Assembly: GCF_001194135.2 (NCBI RefSeq)
Contig: NC_068988.1
Coordinates: 3,867,245-3,931,244 of the forward strand
Length of the DNA: 64,000 bases
Direction of reading: 5' to 3'
Origin: Octopus bimaculoides
Lineage: Eukaryota
Part shown: one piece after another, positions 26,600-39,873 of the stretch
Layout of the letters: every line of letters starts with the position of its first letter
Numbering within the stretch: the stretch's first letter is position 1
Program-made: the position numbers and the translations under genes
The notes under the pieces: generated by a model
The model's input: the letters and a program-made list of their open reading frames with translations, nothing else
Database searches by the model: none
What the model was told of the DNA's origin: nothing

Positions 26600-27520
26600 A
26601 TTTGAGATTCTTCTGCAGGAAGAGAATCAGGCCACGACCTTCCCTCATTAAGATTGAGAAAGTTAACATTCCTCTCAAAAAGATGCAAACTGAGGTTTTC
26701 AGGGAAGGAGCCATATGCAAGGAAGAGGGCTGAGATTCTGGGAGAGGAAGGACAGGTAGAATGTTAGCTCATGACCAGGGAGAAAACAATGTGTGACAAG
26801 AGAAAGATGGATAAGTAAAAAGTGTCAGAGTGGACATGGCATGAGATCAGATAGTTTCGAAGAGCAATGGATGTTGATGCAGTGATAGAAGAAAGGGAGT
26901 GGGGGAGACAGTGTATCTATGGCCTATCTGTCAAGATTGCTCTTCATTGGATTTCTGTTTGTATTTAGCATCAGCACAATCCTGGGCATGGATTCAGTTT
27001 CTCAATGTGGATCACACTTTGAGTTTCGTAGAAATTTAGTCATTGTAAACATCTGAATATTACCTGGTCTTGAAAAGAAAGACTGCTTTTGGTGAGTTTT
27101 GATTTGTTTTCAATTTCAATGTATCTTCATCACAAGAGACCCTCAATAATAAGGAGAGCAAGAATTTTCAGTAACCTCGAGGGTTCTAGTAACATACTGT
27201 TCATGGTGGGGATGAGGTGTAATAATATTTTTTTCTTAAGATGTGTAGTTATAGTACCTTTGTTATGTAGAAGGAGGCATAATTCATATGGCCCTAATGG
27301 AGGATGTTTCTAAGGTGTCTATTCAAATGTGGGTTCAGTGTAATGTATGTAGGTTGTGTGTGGATGATGCTTTGGTTGGAATGGTCAGAGAGAACAAAGG
27401 GTTGTATCGTCTGCACAGAAGTAGTCATTGCTAGAGTGAAGGCAACAAGTTGTTGATAAACAAGAATATAAAAAGAAAAGGCTGAATCTTGATGTACTGA
27501 TATCAACAAAAATTTAAGAA
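26600..27520 (-). mobile_element. CR1/L2-group LINE, decayed RT and C-terminal region
   Basis: VHQDS...FINNLL...FCADDTTL (27397-27417; YADD variant), LNRHLRNILH*GHMN, and FFYHCINIHCSSKLSDLMP occur in the expected order. Confidence 0.75.
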
Positions 27521-28699
27521 TTAAATTTCAATAATTTATCTCATTAAAACCTAACACTCAGATAAATGTAATTTTTCTGTGGTGACTCAAAGATCTACCA
27601 TCGAGTTTCATATCCTGTTAAAGCATTTGGCAAAACCATAAAAAGGTAGCACACTGAGCCACTGTCTGCCAGTTTGGCACCCATGGCACTTATGACCAAA
27701 ATTCCAAGACATTTTCTTCAGTTATTTAATTTCTCTCGGAACTGAAAGTCCTACTATTAGGTTTCTTCCGTTGTCATAACAGATACACATTATACTTTTT
27801 ATAACAAGAAAGTAAAAATTCCTACAGATGCATGTTCATTTAAATATTTCATTTATCAGAAATTAAATCATGAACTCAACATATTAAAAAAATCATGTAC
27901 AGTTTCCATGGTTATGACAAAACTAACAATAAGGGCTAATATATTTTTTTCTGGCTTCAATATCTTGTGTAAAAGAATTATATAAACATAGCACTTTCTC
28001 TACTTTTGCAATTTTGTAGCTGTTTTGAAATTAAATTTGAGTTATTTTCCTGGTTGGAAACCATCTTAACGTAGGTTTTATTCCACTTCATGTGACCAGA
28101 GAACTTGCTAGACATTTTTAAACTCCCACTCAGAACTGCAAACTTGTCACAGCCAAATCTCATCGATACAACAGGAAAGAATTTATAGATTCAGAAATTT
28201 CAAAACTTTAAAAAAAAACTCTTTTAAGAGTGTCATGTAATTTCTTGAAAGAGATACAGTTTTAGGTCATTAATGGTACTTTCAGCAAAAAAAAAACAAA
28301 AAACTAAAACCTTCTCTCAAACTATCAACTATTTTAAAGAGCCTGATCACTTTCCAGTTTGCTGCTTAAATAATCTAGTCAATGTTATATCCAAGCACCA
28401 ACAACAAATCCGATGTACGCAACACTTATTACCAAGTTGGTATAAGACCCACCGACAGTCCTTACCAAATTTTGCAAGTGCAATAAATGATGAAACAGCA
28501 TTCCTGCAAGACATTGATTAATTCATCAATAAAAATAATTTTTGTTATCTCTTTATATCTGGATGATGTTTTAGTTAGTACTGAAATAATATCAGAACAT
28601 GATACCAATCTTTTGAAGCTATTTAAAGCTAGTGGATGAAGTAATCCAAACCTACACAAAAGTAGATGTAAATATAATCTAAATTTTATTAAGCAGTAT

Positions 28700-28870
28700 T
28701 TTGTCTGCCGTTACATTCTGAGTTCAAATTCCACCAAGGTTGACTCTGCCTTTCATCCTTTAGGGGTCAATTAAATAAGTACCATTTATGCACTGGGGTT
28801 GATGTAATCGACTTAATCCCTTTGTTTGCTCCCTCTATGTTTAGCACCCCCCCCCCCGTGGGCAATAAAT
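28700..28870 (+). mobile_element. SINE family B, best-preserved copy
   Basis: ttacattctgagttcaaattccaccaaggttgactctgcctttcatcctttaggggtcaattaaataagtacc... Confidence 0.75.
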
Positions 28871-31480
28871 AAATGCATGTTTAGTCCAAATTCCCTTACA
28901 ATTCCTATAGGGTCCCTTTACTGCTTTACATGTCAAAGGATCTTCCTAACTTGAGAAATTTATTGTGCGTGTATAATTAAAGAACTCAAAATCGCACTTG
29001 CATATAATTAGATAATTTATTAATATTTCTCATGAACCCCTACCAATTTCTTGCAGAACACCAGAACCCCAGGAACTCTGCTTCAAAAACGTTGCTCACA
29101 TGATTCTGTTGGTCCATCACATTTGAGAACATACATAGATGTATATTAGTTGAACATTTTCCTAATATCTAAATTCTATTTATATTACCCCTCCTCCTTT
29201 TTTAACAACATCAAACTAGTGTCCTCCATAAGAATCCAATATTTCTATCTCTTTGGTTTGGATAGTGAACAATTGTGAACAATAACATAATGCATTTATG
29301 TTTGTAGGATACTTTCTGTTCTGTTGATCATTATATCTAGGAATACTGAAGTTTACATTGACTCTACTGAAGATGGAATCCTTTCAATGAGAGGCTTGTA
29401 TAGAGATATTTAGAATGGAAATTATTTTTCCTTGAGAAACTATATAAACTTAGAAAAACGTTAATACAAAATGTTAGTTTCTTATCTAGAAAGCAAGGGA
29501 AGTACAATTTTTCGATTTTTCTCTTGATGACTTCAGGCAGTACAAGGAAAATATATTAAAAAGAGACATGCAAAAATATTTTCAAACTATTTTTTATTTT
29601 GATATTTCTGAAAGGAATAAAACTTTAAAAGAAATTTAATGATTTAGAAGTAAAAAAATAAGTGTGGAATGCAAAAAATATAACTGATGTATGAAAATGA
29701 AGCCAGAAGGTAGACTTGAAATGTTTATATTCTAAATTTGTCTCTGACATTACACGGAATCGAAATATATTTTAATGTCAGGGGTAGACATGCATAAACT
29801 GAGTAGATCATTGGCATTTCATTGACTTAACAGTCAAGACACTTTACTCTTGCTGGCTCAGTTCACTTAACTGTAAAAGTAAGTACCTTGGGAATATAAA
29901 AACTAAAAGAGTAGACAGGTACAGGAAGTAGCTTTAGTACTTTTCTCTTGACCAAAATTTCTAAATGTCAGTCAATGAATGAGGAATGTAAGATTTACAA
30001 GTAAACTACTATACAATAATATTAGGCATACTGAGAAGTGATTTCTGATCAAGAAGATTAACAAGCCTTCTGTTGTCAAGGGGCTTGCTTATCTCTCCTG
30101 ACTTAAATTAATCCCTTATTTTACAGAGCAAATTTTATCATTTAAATTTATTTGAATGGTAAAATAAATTTTGTTGAAGATGATAATGATGTAATTATGA
30201 ACCCAATTTTCACTACTATGGGCCATCTTCCACAGGGCATGCAAATTTTTCTTTTTCTTTTTTTTTTGGTGAGAAAAATATCAAATGAGAATTGAATTAG
30301 CATAATTTAGATTCTTAAATTCAAGAGATCATATACACTTGCAAACACAGAAAAATATAGAGATCAATGGTTAAGTTTGGTTAAATACTAATAATATTTT
30401 ATTAAGATGATATAAGAGATTAAAGAGAATATAGAGGATAAGCGAGGAGTTACTATCAATAATCCATCATCTTAATTTATTGATGACAAACCCTGTTTTA
30501 CTGACCTAAGCTCAGCCATTTACCATTTTGTTTATATTCAGGATTCATATCTCTTTACTCCTCACTTAATACCAATTTCAAGGTTTTCAACAAAAGAACC
30601 TGTATTTGATCGCTCATTCTGTTTGAAACAGCAACTAAATCTCCCTCAAATCATACTCCACAATCTCAAGGAAAGACTCCTGTGACAAAAAGCGATAATA
30701 TTAATTAAGGAATAATTTTGATTATTATTTATGAAACAATGGAAGGCTCCTTGAAATAACAAAAAAACAGGAATGACACAAATAACGTCACTACAAAATA
30801 TACTCTTTCTGATAGTCATTTCTTAGCTTATTTCTCAAATTCTAGTAATGTTTCAATATAGAGATGTCTTTGAAAGTTGGCAAAATAAGCTAAGTTTATA
30901 TCGCATTTTGAGAGAAGAGGTCAGACGTCTTGTGCTTCCAATACTCACTCCATTTCTTTAAACATGACGACTGCCTGAAACATCAAACTTCTCCTTATTG
31001 CATACAAACTTCTCTTATTTCATGATTTTCAATATATTTTGTTGATGCAGAACAGCACCAATTTTCTTCAGATTCTAATACTTTTCATTGTAAATTCATG
31101 AGTTAAACAAGCATAGTTTTATTGATAGGAAATATCTCAAATAATTGCTATACACAATTGATAAGTCCCCAATATAAGCAGTACAGTGCCAAATCATATT
31201 CAAACCATGGTGGTTTTCTGTAGATACAATAGAGACTTTTATTTCAATAATCATATTTATTCCAAAAGTCATCTTTCACTGTCAACAGAATTATTAGAAT
31301 AGAGAAATTTAAAGCAAAACTTCCATATATTAATTATAAATTTGCATTCAGGAAAACAATCTTATGTCTAATAGAAAGACCATATTTATTGCAGACAAAG
31401 CCAGAAAGTAAAGGAGCCAAAATACAGCAGAGAACCATTTTTGTTTTATCCTCTGTATAAGGTTGATAACCACAATATTA

Positions 31481-31501
31481 GTGATGCTGGTGATAATGAT
31501 G

Positions 31502-31554
<53 letters not shown>

Positions 31555-31760
31555 GATGGTGGTGGTGGTGGTGGTGGTGGTGGTGGTGATGGTGGTGGTG
31601 GTGGTGGTGGTGGTGGTGGTGGTGGTGGTGATGATGAGGAGGAGGAGGAGGAGGAGAAAGAGGAGGAGGAGGACGACGACGACGACGACGACGATGATGA
31701 CGACGATGACGACGACGATGATGACGATGACAAAGTGGAGGAAGGGGAAGAGGAGGCAGT
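31481..31760. repeat. Compound trinucleotide array (GAT)n(GGT)n(GAG)n(GAC)n
   Basis: Read directly; source of the poly-D/G/E, poly-S/P and poly-M/V ORFs. Confidence 0.95.
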
Positions 31761-31960
31761 TGCAGTGGCCTGATGTTGAAGATGGTGATTTTTTTTTTAA
31801 TAAGGAATATTGTCTATTTCCCTCAGTCTGCAAAATGGTCTTCAGTTCAATCTTCAACTTGTCGATCAACAACAGGACTGAAGTTAAGTACAGTTGTTTG
31901 GAAGCACACATGAAATATTGAATTCAAAGTAGCATTTGCAATTGAGATACTACGTTGCTG

Positions 31961-32117
31961 GGTGGTTGGTGTTAGGAAGGGCATCCAGCTGTAAAAACCA
32001 TGCCAAAGCAAAGACAGAAGTCTGGTGCAGGCTCCTGCCTGGCCTGCTCCTGTCAAAGCATCCAACCCATGCCAGCATGGAAAGCAGACGTTAAACGATG
32101 ACGACGATGATGATGAT
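31961..32117 (+). mobile_element. SINE family C 3' part
   Basis: gttaggaagggcatccagctgta...ttaaacgatgacgacgatg. Confidence 0.8.
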
Positions 32118-32309
32118 ACCAGCTAATGCCGGATTCCCAGTCTATTTTCTGTGTACATTCATACTAAAGTATGAAAATTAAAATTCTGGATGTCACAAAT
32201 ACTTGTAGCAGAATATATGTTGGAGTGGGGTCTAATACTGGGGGGTATGAAAAGGGGTAGATTTTTGCGACCAACATGGCTGAAAGGTAAAGATAAATAT
32301 CTGATACAA

Positions 32310-32700
32310 GTGCAGGCATGGCTGTGTGGTAAGAACTTTTCTACTATAGCCTCAGGCCAACCAAAGCCTTGTAAATAGATTTGGGTGATGGAAACTGAAA
32401 GAAGCCCATCATATATAAATATGTATATATATATATATATCATTTACATCTCTCTTTATATAAATAGTATATATATACACATGTGTGTTTGTGTCAGAGT
32501 TTGTCCCATACCACTATTTGACAATAGGTGTTGGTTAGTTTACATCCCTATTACTCAGCAGCTCAGCAAATGACACTGACAGAATAAGTACCAAGCTTTA
32601 CAAAAAATAATAATTACTGGGGTCAATTTGTTTGACTAAAAATTCTTCAAAGCAGTGCCCCAGAATGGTCGCAGTCTAATGACTGAAACAAGTAAAAGAT
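32310..32700 (+). mobile_element. SINE family A with a deletion in the head
   Basis: gtggtaagaact joins directly to tttctactatagcc, removing the B-box region present in the other copies. Confidence 0.8.
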
Positions 32701-33734
32701 TAAAAACAAAAGATGGCTGCAACATCATCAATTGCAATTGCAGCAGAAAACATTAAAACAGGCTCTGGCCACATTTATCATAAAAATAATAATAAGACAC
32801 TCGGAGTTGAGTAAATGACTCCAGTGAATATACAAAAAACAGGGCTAGTTTCAGGTCTCACTCTTCCTCAACTCAACCTTAACATGTCACTCAATTAAAA
32901 AGAACACTAATGATAATTGCTGTCTCAGTTCATTACCATGTTGTACACTCAAACATTTAAGCTGGTTTATTTCTAAGGCTTTTTGTCATTTACGGTGTTG
33001 CACTTGACATTTATTTAAATAATACATATGGCTTGTTTTATGCGTGTGTATGCATGTTACCAAGTGAAATGTCTGGTTGTATAATGCTATCTAAACCAGT
33101 TTGATGTTAAAGTTTTTGATTTTATTTTTTACAGAGCTTTTAAATTAAAGCACATCAACAGCGTCTCTCATTTAAAATATGGTCATTAAAGGAAGAAAGT
33201 GGTTATAAGAGTGCCTTTGGGGAATGGTATTTCATGCTTTATTCTTCAAAATTCAACCTGTTTCAAGTTCTACTTTACTTTCCACAGATGAATAACACGA
33301 ATACCTGTAATAAACTGAGATTTGTTTAATTAAATGTCTATACTGACTCTTTTATTTAATATTGCTTGTGTTTATGAAAGAATCCATATATAAATGTTGC
33401 TCTTTTAAACATTATACACACGAGAAAAACTACATCACATATGTAGTAAGTGTATTTATCTGAGGGAAATGTAATGGAAGAAACAGAAGAGGGTTGGGAT
33501 TTGACTAAATACCTTACAGTGTTTAGTGTTGTCCCCTGAGGGTTAAAAAATGTAGTGCCTGGTGTATAGAGAAATCAATTCAATCAAATATACTCTTCTC
33601 CATATATTTGTAACTCTGAACTAATAAAAGAAATCAATATTTATAATTTTATTTTCGGGATATTATTGTAATGTTTTGATGGACAAATATCTAGAGAAAT
33701 GAATATGCATTTATTTAATTTTTAGTGATTATAT

Positions 33735-33778
<44 letters not shown>

Positions 33779-33937
33779 TATATATGTACATACATATGTA
33801 TGGCTGGATGTATCTATGTATATATGACCTTGCGGTAACAAATCTAGTTTATTCCAGAACTTTATTCGCTGCCACATCTACTATGCACGCACATGCACAT
33901 AAACACACACACATGTGTGCGAGTGTGTGTGTGTAGA

Positions 33938-35343
33938 TAATGATGCAAATAAACAAATAAAAGCACTTGGGCTAGATATATACAACGTACATATGTATAT
34001 ACATGTAAATAAATAAAAAAAAAACAAAGATTGAAGATATTCAGATGGTGAACATTCATGTATAAACATAGAGATATTTATATATTAACAGAGCAGATTC
34101 ACACAGAATACAACGACATAAAAAATTAAGGGGACAAGGTATGGGATTACAGGTCTGACAGCTGTTTCTGGGGGTTTTAAATTACTTGATAATATTCGCA
34201 GATGTAGTTTGCAGAAAGTCAAGGATATGCAACCAGTAGCAGAAGCATATATAAACATTACGTGAATCCGGCCCCTGTCTTCAGGGTGGAGAGGTAGGTA
34301 TTTAACATTCCAAATTAGAATACAGGGAAATTTAAAAGTCGAGATTTTTTGAGAGGAAGGCCAATAGAAATAAGTGGAAGGAGGAAGTAGGCATCTCGAA
34401 GATGTATGGGGAATGTTGAAGCAAGGAAGGACAGGAAAAGATAGGAAAGTCAGAGCAGGAAAAGAGAGGGATGAGTGATCAGGGATTGAGAGAAGTAGAA
34501 GTGGAGAGTTGGGAGATAAGATGGGAAGGGGTGGGATGGGAAGTATTGTGAAGGGTGGTCCTTGCTGTTGGGTTTGACAACAGATGTTGTTAGGGATAGT
34601 GGGGCTATAGAATTGAGAGAGGGAAATTGGTATTGTGAGACCAGGGAAGGAAAGAATCTAGTTATAGATGCCAGTAATGTGGGGAAGGGGAAATTCGAAG
34701 AATGGAGGTAAGTTGACAATGGAAAGAGAAGGAGAAGGGGGGGGGTAAATTAAAGAAAAAACCAGGAGGAGATGGGGAAAGAATTCAAAATATGAGGATG
34801 GGATAGTGGTAAAGGATGATGTGCTGGGTAGAGGAATATGCAAAAGTAATCCTCTGAGAGAAATATAGACCAGAAGAAGTGGTACAAGTAGGAGGGATAT
34901 GTAGCTAGTGCTGCCTACTTCTTCCCTGCACTTGCTTATTTCTATTGGTCTTCCTCTTCAAACACTCGACCTTTAAATTTACCTGCATTCTGATTTGTAA
35001 TGTTAAATACCTACCTCTCTACCCTGAAGACAGGGACCAGATTCACGTAATGTTTATATATGCTTCTGCTACTGGTTGCATATCCTTGACTTTCTGCAAA
35101 CTACATCTGCGAATATTATCAAATAACTTCAAACCCCCAGAAACAGCTGTCAGGCCTGTAATCCCATACCTAGTCCCCTTAATTTTCTGTGTCATTGTGC
35201 TCTGTGTGAATCTGCTCTGTTAATATATAAATATCTCTATGTTTATACATGAATGTTCACCATCTGAATAGCTTCAATCTTTGTTTTCTCTCTATTTACA
35301 TGTATATATGTATGTATATATTATGTATTTATTTGCATCATTA
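33938..35343. mobile_element. Element with long inverted arms (33938-34392 and 34912-35343) around a purine-rich spacer; Penelope-like architecture
   Basis: The arms align as reverse complements with scattered mismatches, seen directly. The Penelope assignment is inference. Confidence 0.7.
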
Positions 35344-36149
35344 GCTCCATATCCGCTCACCTGGATTTTTCTTGCAGCCACTTCTTACCTTGTGGACTTG
35401 TCTTTGGTAAAGATTTTGGAGTGTAAGTTCAAATCATTGGAGCACCACTAAGTGTTTTGTATATTGAACATCTCTGAGTTTCATCTGTTGACTTTCTCTC
35501 TCTCTCACACACACACATACTATATCTCTCTCTCACACACACACATACTATATCTCTCTCTACATGTGTGAGTGTGTGTGTGTATGCTTGTATGCATATA
35601 TGTAGATATGTGTCTGTGAATGTGTTTAGACACATTTTTGTTCGAAAGCCATAACCAAAACTGAAAGTCTGTGTGTGAAGCTTCTCTTTAAACATTAATA
35701 AAACACAAAAAATTCTATAGAATATAAATGCATATCATTAAAATTATGTAACTATAATGATGATGATGATGATGATGATAATAATACAATAAGATGATTA
35801 AAAAAATACCAGAAACAAAATAAGAATTAATAACTAAAAAAAACTTCACACTGTATTTCAAAGATCTCTCCACCCCCTTTCAAAGAGGTAAAGTTAATGA
35901 CATTAAAATAAAACATCAAATGTGCTATTACATGATAAATAAGATAAATACTTGGTAAAATGAAAGAATGATTAATTACATTTAAAAAAATGTAAATTAA
36001 AAATATGATGAATAAAAAAATTATAAATTATTAATTGAAATATCACATACATTCTCACCTGAGTTTTTGACTGTTTAAGTAAAGTGATGAGAGAGTAGAG
36101 GAGGAGTAAGAGAAGGTTGTGGCTGAGACAAGATTTATTCTTCCAGAAA

Positions 36150-36440
36150 AAGAAACTGTACAAGTAAAGGTTTTGGGGTCACTTCTTTCATAGAAAGGAT
36201 CCAAGGTTGATTATCACAGTCTCTTCTTCTGAATATTTCAAAATATATCAAAACGTGAACAAAATAAAACTTAATGTCTGACCCAATGTCCTCTAAGAAA
36301 GTGAGATGCGTTGTCACAATGTCTGTGAACTCATGCCAGAGACAAAAGTATGGTTGCACTTCCTCTGATATGTTTATTTTAAAATTCTTATTGTATTTAG
36401 CCCACCTCTTCATTAGAATTCATTCAATGTCAAAGGATTC
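36150..36440 (-). mobile_element. Possible Ty3/Gypsy pol remnant
   Basis: RWAK...ISEEVQPYFCLWHEFT resembles GWP....P.EVKPY...R.ELS; weak. Confidence 0.3.
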
Positions 36441-37933
36441 TTCTGCCACTGATTGTACTTCCAATACCTTTTTTTTTTCCACAACAGCTATCCTTTATCA
36501 ATCTATAGTTATACCATTGTAGCAAGGTAAGGCAATGGCAGAGGAAGGCAATGGCACAAAAGGTGGAGGAAAGGAAGAAAATGTAAAAACCTACTTTCTG
36601 TCATCACTGGGAAGGAAAATATCTGTTCCAACTTGTCGAGCAGAGAGAGTGGTCTCTGAATGGCTCAAAGTTAAAACTGGCAGCCAAAAGTACAAATCTA
36701 GGAAAGCAGGAATGCATGGATGTATGTGATGCAAGGCTGAGGCAGTATGGACGATACGCCAGCTTGCGCAAAGTTGAGGCAGCATGCAGGATAGATTAGT
36801 GTCTACATCTGAATGGGATAAAGCAGAGCAGCGATGAAAGGGGACCAGATGTTAACGTTCCGACATTGAGACAGCGACTGGATAAAATGCTTTTGAAAAG
36901 TGCACGCTATTGCTCTGGGCAGAAGTCGTCATGTGTATTCCCCTGCCGTTAACTTTCAAAGAGCGGAGGAACACAGCATATGCTGGGGCAAAGTAATCTG
37001 ACTGCCCTGCCAATGCCACATCATAAATTAACTTTCACAACAGTAAACTACCTTCAGTATATTTTTGTGAGTTACAGAAATATATTGTAGCAGGATCTTA
37101 GCAAACAGTCTGTCTTTTTCCATTTTCAACATAATTAAACCATTTATTATAATCCTGAATGATTGCTGCAACCTCTTGGATGTTATCCTTAAAAATCCCT
37201 CCATATAACCATCTAATCCCATGTTTGAATTTTGCTTCAGTTTATAAGCAAGTTCTTTCACTTTTAACTAAGGATGCACTTATAATGTCCAAACACATTC
37301 TGCCTCCAAAATGCTTCTTATTCTGAAAACAAACTAACTCTTTTCTCAAACCATCATATGATGGTTAGTTGAGCTTTCTACACATCTCAGTGCATCTACC
37401 ATACACACATTTCCCATATCAAAATGATGCACAATTACTAAGTCACTCAAATAACAGCTCTTAGATCATGGGTGAACCCAAGTCACGTTAAAGAAGGTCA
37501 TTAGATGGGAGAATGTGTTTGTAATGACTAAGACTTGCTCAGTGGAGACGGTAAAATACCCACTATCACTTCACTCAAGTGAGGATGGCTGGAAGAGATG
37601 CAAATTTTGTAGCCAATCAGAATAGAGGTGAACAACTGAGTCACAGGAATGTGGGTCTTACTTGGTGGCCATACCACTTCCAGATTTAGTGACTTGATAT
37701 CCTGGTTCCGTGCTCATCCTACACTTTGTATACATACACCCTCCTCCTAATTACACCATTTTACCTTGAGAGAGGATAGATAAGCCATCTGCCTTGTGTT
37801 AGAAATATTTAAAACAAACAGAAAATATGAATGTGTAATTTTCCAAGGAGCACTCTCACTCAGAATCAAAAATGGTCTCCAGAGATTGTAAACAATTCGT
37901 TTTTGCTTAAGATATGCTAAATAAATATTGGTA

Positions 37934-38187
37934 GAGATGTGTTTGTATTTTTCATTTGATCTGATTATTTGAAGACAGGCAACATCATTATAATACAGGA
38001 CAGTACTTGGTAAAGTTGCGTTGTATGACAGTGTATTACTGGTACATAAGTTTATTTGTTTGACTGGATTACCAAATAATATGAGTTAATTGAGTAAGAT
38101 TCTTTTAAAAGTATTTGCATTGGGTTATGGTACAAATTCGAGTGCAAACATTGAAAACCATTTGTGATTTATAGGTAATGGCATGTG
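37934..38187 (+). repeat. 254-bp direct repeat, copy 1
   Basis: Four differences from 44199-44452 by eye. Confidence 0.95.
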
Positions 38188-38670
38188 TTTACTCAACCGT
38201 TTCATATAAAGGAAGCAGATATAGGCAGAAAGTAATTCTCCATATTAATTGGTTAACTTTCACAGGTGACGATTATTTTGCTTAAGGAATTTAAATAAAA
38301 CATTGTTTTAGAGTTATTTGTTTCTATAAATAGAAAATTAAAATAGAATAATCATTGACATGCCCATCACCCACAGATGGAATGTCTCCACTTACCACCT
38401 TTTCTTCTCATGTTATTAGAAAAGAGTTTGCAAAGTTTTTAACTTATGAATTTGACATCTCAACTGTAAACAGAAAAAACTAGAACTTTCATACAGAAAC
38501 TCTAAAGCTTACCATTTTCCCTCCTCCAAATATGTTTGCGTAATATGTCATAATGTCAAAAATGGTAAATTTTGTTTATTTTCATTCCTGTGTAAAGTTT
38601 GATTTTAACCCTCCAGATATATGTGCAAAGTTTATGTGTGCATGTGTGTATGTATGTGTGTAGATAGATA

Positions 38671-38747
<77 letters not shown>

Positions 38748-38859
38748 CATTTATATACAAAACTAAATTTTGTTTACGTGTATAAAGACTGCATCCAAAG
38801 TTAACTACGATATATACATATATATATATATATAATTAGAGAGAGAGAGACGGAGAAAG

Positions 38860-38883
38860 ACAGACAGACTGATAGATAGATAT

Positions 38884-38935
<52 letters not shown>

Positions 38936-38953
38936 GCAGGCAGGCAGGCAGGC

Positions 38954-39003
<50 letters not shown>
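38860..39003. repeat. Compound tetranucleotide repeat (GATA)n(GGCA)n(GACA)n
   Basis: Read directly. Confidence 0.95.
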
Positions 39004-39006
<3 letters not shown>

Positions 39007-39786
39007 AATCATGTACAGAGGAGTATTGCCTCTGAAAGAAATTTTATGCATAGAAGGTCAGTAAACCAGCTAATGGTATATGAAAGAAAATACTAGGATA
39101 AACACAGTTAATTAACTAATTAGTATTGTATATAAATAAGAAGAGCTCCATTGCTGGTAAAGTCGAACTTTTTCTCACCACATATTCCATTTTATTCTTG
39201 TCTTTAAGAGTGTCCTTAAATCTCAGAAGTGGAAAACTGAATATTTTCCAGTTGTTTTGGTTTTCCCTGTATGAAAAATCATTCACAATTTTGTTTCTTA
39301 ACAGATTTTCCATCAAATGAGTAAGTTAAGATGACATCACCATTTTTCATGGGTACATCACAGTAGAGAACCATGGAGTACAACATGTACCTACAACACT
39401 GGGAGCCAATGCTTCATCCATTGTAATTCAGTAATGTAGACTCATTCCAGCTTAATACAATCACCTGGTTCTGGTCTTGGATCATGAGTTGAATATTCTG
39501 ACCACTAAACCATTTTGTACCTTCACAATGCAATTCTTCAGTTTTAGCTCAATCTAAAATATTTCATGAAAAAGTATTTTATACTTTCCACCACCACCAC
39601 CATCATCATCACCACCTCTGTTTAAAACCACTGCATCAAATGTTAGGCAATATATGAAATAAGAAATCCATTAACTGTTTTTAAATTATTGGTTTTATTT
39701 CTATCAAATCCTAATCCTCAACTAAAGAAACATTGTCAAAGTTCAGTTACTTCCCAAGTCTTCAATACCATTCTATGTGTCAATAG

Positions 39787-39873
39787 AATCAATTGCTGGA
39801 TGAGCTGCTGGCCATGAAACCAGTGAAAGAACAGCGAAGGAAGTTCTGGAGAGTTTTACACAACCAGTTCTAT
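39787..39873 (+). CDS. Candidate exon (phase 0-0), NQLLDELLAMKPVKEQRRKFWRVLHNQFY
   Basis: tgtcaatag acceptor, TAT|gtaagg donor, 87 nt, GC-richer than flanks, amphipathic helix-like peptide; not identified. Confidence 0.45.

Noticed and set aside
31348-31921. Overlapping low-complexity ORFs
   Set aside because: All are translations of the compound trinucleotide array.
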